From: an uncultured Akkermansia sp.
Lineage (GTDB): Bacteria; Verrucomicrobiota; Verrucomicrobiia; Limisphaerales; UBA9464
NCBI GenBank assembly: GCA_964430505.1
Contig: CAYSGH010000016.1
Span: forward strand, 499-64,498
Length of the DNA stretch: 64,000 nucleotides
Direction of reading: 5' to 3'
Made by a program: the position numbers and the translations under genes. The notes beneath the pieces are model-generated. The model did not search any database. It worked only from the letters and a program-made list of their open reading frames with translations, and was not told where the DNA came from. This document shows, one piece after another, positions 38,355-47,300 of this stretch. Every line of letters begins with the position of its first letter. The first letter of the stretch is position 1.

Positions 38355-41300
38355 CTATCGGACCTCGACCGCCCGGAAGAGCACCGGTTGGTCGGCGGCG
38401 CCGGCATCCACGGAGAAGGTCAGGCCGGAGCTGGTGGCGGTCCATTCGGCCTCGGACCACCACGATCCGAGGTCGGTGGACGACTCAATCCGATAACGGC
38501 GGCCGGGGGTGCCCCTCAGTTGAAGGGTGACGCGGCCATCGGGCCCGAACGTGGGGATTCCGAAGGTTGGCTCGCCCGAGGCTGGCTCGCCGTTGGAGGC
38601 CATGGGCGTGGGCTTGGCGACCACGTAGGAACCGGCCGCACCGTCCGGCTGGAGCCCGACGGCGGTGTTGAGCGCGGACGGAATCTGCGCGGTGAACCAG
38701 TCGATGGTGTTCGCCTGGCCGTTGACCGAACGGGTCAGCGCCAGCCGGAGTTGTGCACCGCCGGTCAATGGGAGCCGGAAGTTGGCATGGAGCTCATTCG
38801 GCCGCGATTGCTCGGGCTCGCCGTCGGCAAAGACGACGAGGTATCCGAGCGGCGGGAGGGTCGCTCCCTGGGGGAATGGCCACTTGAAGGGGGCAACGTC
38901 GGCGTCGGATAGGAAGACGCCATCCAGGGCGACCGGGAAGGCGCTGGTGTTGACGATCTCGATCCAGGGCTCGGTGGTGCCGGTGGCGTCCGCGAGGCCG
39001 GACGTATTGCGGGCCACGACCTCGTTGATGCGCAGCGGCGGGAACTCCGGCAACGACGCCACGACGTTGTTGGGGGCTCCGGGCGTGGAGGGGGAGTTGG
39101 ATCCACCCTGGAGGACCAGCTCGAGCCCGAAGACGACGTCCGAGCTGCCCACGTTCGCCTGGTGCACCTCGACGGCGAACGTGTTCTCGCCGGGGACGAG
39201 CAGGCTGGCGGGGAGCGTGAAGGGTCCCTCGAAGGCGGCGTCGCCCACGACCCGGTTCGCGAAGGTGTCATGGGTGGGATCGACGGACTCGTCCATGCCC
39301 AGGGAATGGGCGCGTCGGCCGTTGATCCAGAGGACGTAGCCGTCATCGAGGCAGACAGTGAGCTGGAGGGATGCGTCCGGCGGGAGGGCTGGCAACGTCA
39401 CCTTGCGGCGGAAGTAGTAGGTGGACTGGCCCAGGGCGAGCGCCGTGGTCTTGTTCGTGGGCAGGGCGGCGTTCTCGACGTAGTGAAGGCCCTCGCCCGA
39501 GAACCACGCCGAGTCATTGAACCCGGCCGTGCGCCAGTTGGTGCCGCTCACGGGCGGCCCGTCCTGGAAGTACCGCCATGCGTCGGTGAACCGGATGAGG
39601 TTGCGGCTGCCGGTGAAGGCGCCGGACACGGCCCAGTTCCCGGGCCTGTTGCGGTCCTGACGCGCGTCCACGAGCTGGAGCGACGCGTTGGTGGCCGCCG
39701 TGCCGCCCGCCCACGGGTAGCCGGAATCGTAGTCGAGCCGGTCGAGGATTTCCGAGGGCTGGGACGCCGAAGCCGGGGTGCGCAGGACGATGGAGTCGAA
39801 CTGGGTCCCGAGGCCGCCTGTCCATGCACCGGCCACGTTGGGGCCGTTGCCAAACGCGGCCCGGAAGGCGGCGACGTTTTGGACGACAACCACCTGCGCG
39901 GCGGGCGCAAGGACCGTGCCCGACGGGAACGCAAAGCGAATGCTGGAACCCACCAGTTCCATGCCGGAGATGTCCCAGGGCGTGTTGGTGGAGCGGTTGA
40001 AGATCTCGATGAACTGCGTCCCCGGCGTCTGCGGGCGGCGAAGGACCTCGTTGATCACCAGCTTCGGGCGCGCACGGGTGACCACCTCGACGACGCGCGT
40101 GGCCGAAAGATTCGGCATGGCATCGTCCGTCACGCGCACGGTCACCCGGTTCGTCGATGCGCCCATGTCGTCGGGCAACCGCCATTCGAGGTCGCCCGTC
40201 TCCGGGTTGATGGTCGCCCCGGCAGGCGCGCCCGGCTCGAGGCTGAAGCGGAGCGTTTGGCGGGGCAGGTCCGCATCCGAGGCGACGGCACGCACCGCGA
40301 TGCGTTGGCCCTCGTCCACGACCAGAACAGGCACGGGCGCGAGGACAGGTGGTTGGTTCACCTCGCGGACGTTGATCAACACCTCGCGGACCACGGACGC
40401 CTGCTCGGGCGAGGTGTCGCGTGCGCGGACGAGGACGACGTAGCTGCCGGGGCCCTGGGCCTCCGTGGGCGTCCATGAAATGCGGCCGGCCGATGCATCG
40501 ATCGCGAGGCCGGCGGGAACGGTTCCCTCGAGCGAGAAACGAACGGGCGATCCCTCGGGATCGGCCGCGACGAGGGGAAGATCCAGGCGGGTCAGCTCGT
40601 CGATGGTGACGGGCGCGGGCTGTGGGAAGTTGGGCGGGTTGTTGACCTCCGCGACGTTCACTCGGACGAGGCCGGTCGCGGAAAGCGGCGGCGTGCCGTT
40701 GTCCGTGACACGGAAGGCGACCGTCACGACGGAGCCGCCGCGCGACTCGTCCGGGATCCAGGTGAGTTGGCCCGTTGGCGAGAGGGAAAGGCCATCCGGC
40801 ACGGGTCCGTCCACGGCAAACGCCAGCGTGTTGGCGGGAAGGTCGGGGTCGGACGCAGGCAACCCGATGCTGAGGAGCTGACCCTCGCCGGCGTTGGCCT
40901 CGGTCACCTCCGGGACGACGGGCGGGCGATTCACCTCGGCAACGTTGATGGCGACGCGGGTGGTCCCGGTCCGGGGCGGCGCGCCGTTGTCCGTGGCGCG
41001 AACGAGGAACGAAAAGGTCCCGGGGCCATCGGACTCGGAGGGGGTCCAGCGGAAGGCGCCCGTGACGGGATGGATGCTGGATCCAGGCGGGGCATCGGAC
41101 CCCAGCGAGAAGGCAAAGGACTGGCCCGCGTCTGGGTCGGAGGCGACGGCGGTGAAGGTGGCCTCGGCCTGCTCGGGGACGTTGAGGCTCGCGACGGGAT
41201 TGAGGACGGGCGGGCGATTGGCCCCGGCGATCACGTTGGCCGCGCCCGGCGTGGGGGACTCCATGGCGAACAAGGGCGGCGCGGACGCATCGGGGAAGCG

Positions 41301-44300
41301 ACCCATGGAGACGTCGTTGGTCTGGGCGGTGAAGGAGAAGCCATCGACGAGGTTGCCGGCGGGGTCGAAGAGCCCGATTTGCTCCCCGGAACGGGCGAGG
41401 GCGAAGGCGGCGTGCAGCCCGGCGTTCGTAGGCTGGTTCTGCGCCGTCTCGTTGTCGGCCCACACGAGGAGGAAGCCCCCGGGCGGGATCGCGTAGCCGC
41501 CGGGGATCCGGAACATCGAGGCCAACGCGTTGGTGAGGTTGTCGGTGAGGTAATACCCCGCGAGGTCCACGGGCTGCGTACCGGCGTTGTGGAGCTCGAT
41601 CCAGTCGTCGAAGTCGCCATCGGCCGGGTCGGTGACGGTGCGGGTGTTCTGCGCCATGAACTCGTTGATGAACACGTCCACGCGGGGCGTGCTCGGGTCG
41701 TTGGTGCCGCCCGGGGTCGGGTTGAAGAGGATGCGGCGCGTGCGGGGCTCGCCGTCGGGAACGGACCCGAACGCGCGGCCCTGCGGCAACAGGTCCCACG
41801 CCAGGTAGTCGATCGCGGCGGGAGCATTGGCGGTTCCCTGCCGCCGCGAGAGTGCCACCACGCCGTTGGTGGGGTTCAGCCGGAAGGACGTGTGCGGGAT
41901 GGTGGCGGTGGACTCGCCGGGCTCGCCGTCGGCCCACACCGTGAGAATGCCGCCCGCCGGGATGGAGAGCCCGGCCGGGAACGCCCACTGGACCAGGTTC
42001 GTGACGGAGTCCGACAAGAAGAGCCCAGACAAGGAGACGGCGGCGGGGCCGGTGTTGATGATCTCGATGAAGGGGTCGCGGTCCCCGAAGTTGTCGGCGG
42101 GACCGGACAGGTTGCCGGGCAACACCTCGTTGAGCCACAGGCTGGGGAAGGCCGCCAGGGATTGGGCGGTGGCGTTGGCACGGCCGGGCGTTGCGGCATT
42201 GGCGGCGTTCGTGGCGGTCGTGGCCCAGTTGCCGACGCGCCACGAGCCGCGGGATGGGTCGATGAGCTGCAAGGATGGCCCGAGGCCGTCGGCGTTGGTG
42301 GGCCAAGGGAGGCGGTTGTCGTACCGCACGTCGGTGACGAGGACGCGGTTGGTGCCCACGTTTTGCCAGAGGGCGATGCGTTCGCCGCCGTTGTCGAGGG
42401 AGCCTGGGAACTCGCCGAACACGGGAACCGATGCGCCGTACGCGGACGCGAACGCAACGCGGTCGCGTGCCAGCACCAGGAAGGCCCCGGGCGCGAGCAC
42501 GGAACCCGGGGGGAACGTGTAGCCGACGCCCTCGAGGTCGAACCCGGAAAGGTCGAACGCGGAGGACGTGGAACGGTTGTGCAACTCGACGAAGGAGGTG
42601 CCGGAGGCAGGGCCGTTGTACTGGACCTCGTTGAGGACGACGAAGTCGGAGGCCCTCTGGAACGCGCCGGCATAGGTGACCGTCACGTTGGCGGCCATGC
42701 CCGGGATGGCGTGGCCGGACCGGTCGGTAGCAGTAAGGACGAGGGCGTTGGTGGCGGCGGACAAGGGGATGCGAAGCCGGAACCGCTGCGGGTCGATCCA
42801 CTCGGTGGGGACGGTGCGCCCGTTGACCAGGATGTCGGCGGCGGCGAACGGCGCAATGCCCTCGACGGTGGCGACGGGCGTTGGAGACGCGAGCGTGCCA
42901 TTGGCGGGGACGGTGATCGCGAAGGAGGCGGCGTCGCTGGCGGCGATCTGCTGCCGGACGACCTCGCGGCGTGCATCGAGGTAGGAGGCGATGCCCAGGG
43001 GGCCGCTGGCGTTGATGCGATTGAACGCGAGGGAAGCCGAGCGCGCGTCGAACTGGGGCTGGTATTGCGAAGGCTGGAACGGCCCGGCCACGGCCTGCGC
43101 ATAGGCACGCCAGGCCATGCGTCGGAAGGCAGGCCACGCGAACATGTAGTTCACGTTGCCGTCGTTGCCGTCGAAGAGCCTGCGGCCGGGGCCGTCGCCG
43201 GCGCCGAGCACCCAGTCCATGTCCCAGGGCAGGATGACCCAACGGCCGCCGGGCGGATAATAGACGTACTTGTTCTGCGAGTTGCCCGTGCCCCACGTGT
43301 CCCAGTTCCCCATGCAGCCATCGAGGGCGAACATGGTCATCCACTGCTCCATGTCGGCGACGTTGCTGACGACGGCCTCGTAATTCGTGGAGCGGTTGTT
43401 CGCGGCGGAGACCAACGCGAGGAAGTTGGTGAAGTCATTCGCCGTCGTGCCGTTCGGGCGCCCCTGCCAGTTCCAGCGGTAGCGCGACAGGTTGAACTGG
43501 CCGTTGGGGTTGCGGTAGTCGCCCAGGTCGGCCCCGACGACGTCGAAGCCGCCCCCGCTGTTGAACTCGAACCAGAACGCCACCTTGTGGAGGTCGCCCT
43601 CGGGCGCGTCCGGGTACCACGCCTCGGCGTAGTTGTTGTTGGGCTGCTCCAGGTCCTCCCCGACGGCCCCGTGCGGGTTGCCGTTGCGGAAGAACCGGAT
43701 GTAATGGGCATGGAGGTAGGGAAGGCCCATGCGCCGCGTGAACCACTGGGCCATCTGGTTGCGCAGGAAGGTGGGTTCCTCGCCGCCGTTGCCCGTGAGG
43801 CCAAAGACCCTGTCCGTCACGCCGAGGAGCCGGTCGTCGCGCGGGACCGTGACGGCGAAGTCCGCCTGGCCCGTGAAGGGGCTGCCCTTGCGGCGGATGC
43901 CCGCGTTGTAAATCACGCGGACGTTGCCATGGACCAGCGTCCCGTCGCGGAACGTGTTGTCGAGCCCGTCGGCGTTCAGGGCGTTGTCCACCTCGGGCGT
44001 CGTCCACGAGTGGATGTGCTCGTAGGTGCCGAACGGCACGGGGTCGCCCCAGCGAACGTTGGCCTCCGCCACGGCGGGCAAGCCCGCGATGACAGGCCCG
44101 GATGGGAATGTGGACCAGGCAACGCTCGGCGCGCCATCCGCCGCCTCGATCCGGAACTGGACGAGGCTGCCGGCGGAACGGCCCGTGATCGTCGCCGACC
44201 ACACGCCGTCGCCCGCCACGGCGTCGCCCAGCAACCCGTCGTCGCGCATGGCAGTCGTGCTGAAGGCGCCGGTAGAACCGCTCCGGAAGCGCAGGTTGAC

Positions 44301-47300
44301 CGAGCTGAGGCCGTCGGGGTCGGACACGCGGGCGGTGACCACCACCGGCTGGCCGGCATCGGGCACGGCGGGCGCATGGGAAACGTTGTGGATGCCGGGG
44401 CCGGCGTTGGCAACGAGCCGGCTGTTCGGCTGTCCGGGCGTTCCCAGGTTGCGCGGGACCGCCATGCGCGCGGTCATCTCCAGGCCGCCGCCGCGCGTGC
44501 GCATCAGCAACTCGGGCCAGCCCGCCACCCAACGGGCGCGCAGCCGCATCGTCCCGCGGACGTCGTTGTTGAGCCCTCCGCTGATCGGGGCACGAACGCA
44601 GTTCCGCCCGGCGTCGAGGTCGCCCGGGGCGATGACGCGCAGCACGCGGCTGCCCGCGAAGGCACCCGTGGCCTCCACGCGCGAACGCGAGTGGTGGCCG
44701 CCAAACGTCCAGCCAGTTGCGGCCGTGCCTGATCCAGCTTCAAAGCCGCCGTTGGACAGAAGGGCGAGGCCCGTCGGACCCAGGACCTCCACGTTGTCCA
44801 CGAGGCATTCCCCAGCACCCAGCATCCCCAGGTGGACCCAGTCCGGCGTCTGCGAGCCGAACCGGAGCACGTCGTTCACAGAGAACTCCTGCCAAGGGGC
44901 CTTGCCCGACTCGTCGGAATCCGCCCAACTCGGCGCCCGCAACGGGTCGGCCCTCGGGTCGATCAACTCCAGGGACGAGCCGCCGCCATCGGCCCACTTG
45001 CCCCAGCGGCCCCCATCCCGCCATGCGACCTCTCCCACGGGGATCGCAACCGTGCGGGACGTCACCTCGCCGAGGTCGTTGGTGGACAAGATTTCGTCCG
45101 GCTTGGACAGCGTGATCCGTTCGCCGCGGTTGCGAAGGGAACCAGACCAGTTGCCGTGCACGATGGCAGGCGGAAGCGAGGTGTGGTTGGAGAGAAGCCG
45201 GGCGCGGTCGGCCCCCACCACGACGAAGCCGCCCGCCGGGACCGTCACGCCCTGCGGGAAGGTGAAGCTCACGGCGTCGGACAGGCGCCAGCCCGAGAGG
45301 TCCACGGGCGCCCCGGACCGGTTGTGCAGCTCGACAAACTCGTCGGCGTCGTCCTGCGAGATCGGGTTGTACATGATCTCGTTGATAACCATGTCCTCGA
45401 GGCGTCGCGGGTCATTGGCGGCCCCGGGCGTGCGGCCGGCCAGCCGGCGCGGCTCCGGAGCCCCGTCCGGCGCGCGGCCGAAGGAGACCCCGTTCTCCTG
45501 TGCATCGAGTCGGATCACGTCAACGACGCGCAGGCCATTGGAGCTGACCAGGAAGACCGTCTCGCCGGCCGCGTTCAGTCGGAAGCCGAGCGCCGACTCG
45601 TCCAAGGCGAGGAACGCGCGCGGAGCCAGCGTCGTGCCCGCCGGGAACCGGTACCGGTTGGTGCGGACGTCGTCGGTCAGCACCCACCCGTCGAGCGCGA
45701 CGGGGTTGGGTCCCCGGTTGTACAGCTCCACGAAGTCCACCAACGGAGGGTCCGTGTGCGCGAGCAACTCGTTCAGGACGACGGCATCCGACGGGTCCAC
45801 GACGATCGGATCCGGCGCGCCGGGGTTGCCCCCACGGACGGCACTGGCGGCATAGGCTCGCGGGTCTGCCTCGCCGAAGCTCGGGTTCACCAGCACCAGC
45901 GAATGGCCGGAGCCATCGGCCGCGACGGGCCACGGGGCGCGGTTGTCGTACTCGAGATACAGCTTCTGCGCGCCCAGCTCGTCGCGCAGCTCGATGACGT
46001 CGCCGCCGTTGTTCAGCGAGCCCGTGAACGGGCCGAGCACGCGCGCCAGGCCCGTGCGGGTCCTCGTCACGCCCGGGTCGGCCGAGACCACCAGGAACTG
46101 CCCGCCGGCAAGGTGTGTCCCCGGCGGGAAGGTGTAGGAAATGCCGCCTCGCAACGACCAGCCCGAGAGGTCCTCGGCGATGTCCGACGCGTTGAACACC
46201 TCGACGAACTCGGGGCCGGACCCCGGGCCGGACGCGGCCGGGTTGTAGTGGATTTCGCTGAGGACGACCCGCGTCCTCCGGCTGGAAACGCCCAGCCCCT
46301 CGCGCGTGGGCACGAAGGGTGCCGTCGTCGGGGCGGGCGCCGGGCCAAGGTCGGCAAACCTCGCGACGGCGGTGACGTCCGCGTTGCGTCCCGCCAGCGA
46401 CAACCCCACCGAGAGCTGGGCGGGCATCGCGGCATTGACGGCGCCCAGCTGTGTCCATCGCGATCCATCGAGGGAGGCAAAGCCCGTAAAGTCGTTCCCC
46501 ACTCGGCGCAGGCGCAGCCATGTGAACGGGTGGTTGACGGGGAAGCCGCCTCGAATCGAGGCCGCGTTGGCGACGGCGGAGGCGGCGTTGCGGGACTCAA
46601 AGAACACGCCGGCCCTGGGCGTGGACGCGAACACGCCGGCGAAGGGCGCGTTGCTGCCCAGGCCGGAGCGCGCCATCAACCCGGCCGTGGCAAACGGGTC
46701 CGCCGCGTCGAGCATCGTGACTCGCACGCGCAGGTCGAAGTTGCCACTGACGGCCTGCCATCCGAACCCGGCGACGTCCGCCGTGCCGCCGACGTCGCCG
46801 CCGCGCGCCGTCAGCTCGAAGGCCCCGGCGTCGGCCCGGACAACCGTCGCTCCGACGGCTTCGGAGCCGAGGTTGGCCGGGGACAACTCGGACGCGAAGA
46901 AGGCGATGGTGGCGTTGGCGGCCAGGGGGTTGGCGGCGGCAGCACGGTCGGTGACGCCGTTGACGGTGACGGTGTAGCGGGTCCCCACGGCGAGGTTGGC
47001 CACGTTGAGCTGGATTCGCTGGGGCGCGTTGCCTTGGGCGGCAGACAGGAGCGTGGCGCCGCCGGTGATCTGGTAGGCGGACGCGAGCGGGAGGGACGAC
47101 GGGAGAATGGGCTCGGAAAACTCCAGGACGACGGTGTCGAGGCCCACATTGTAGGCGCGGACCAGGGTGGGCGGCACGACGTCGGCCACCACGCCAAGGA
47201 CGGCATCGGCGCTGGTGGTGCCGCCGATGTCATTGCCCACGACGACCGAGAACTGGGCCCCGTTGGCGGAGAGCGAGGCGGCGGGAAGGGTGAACGAGGC

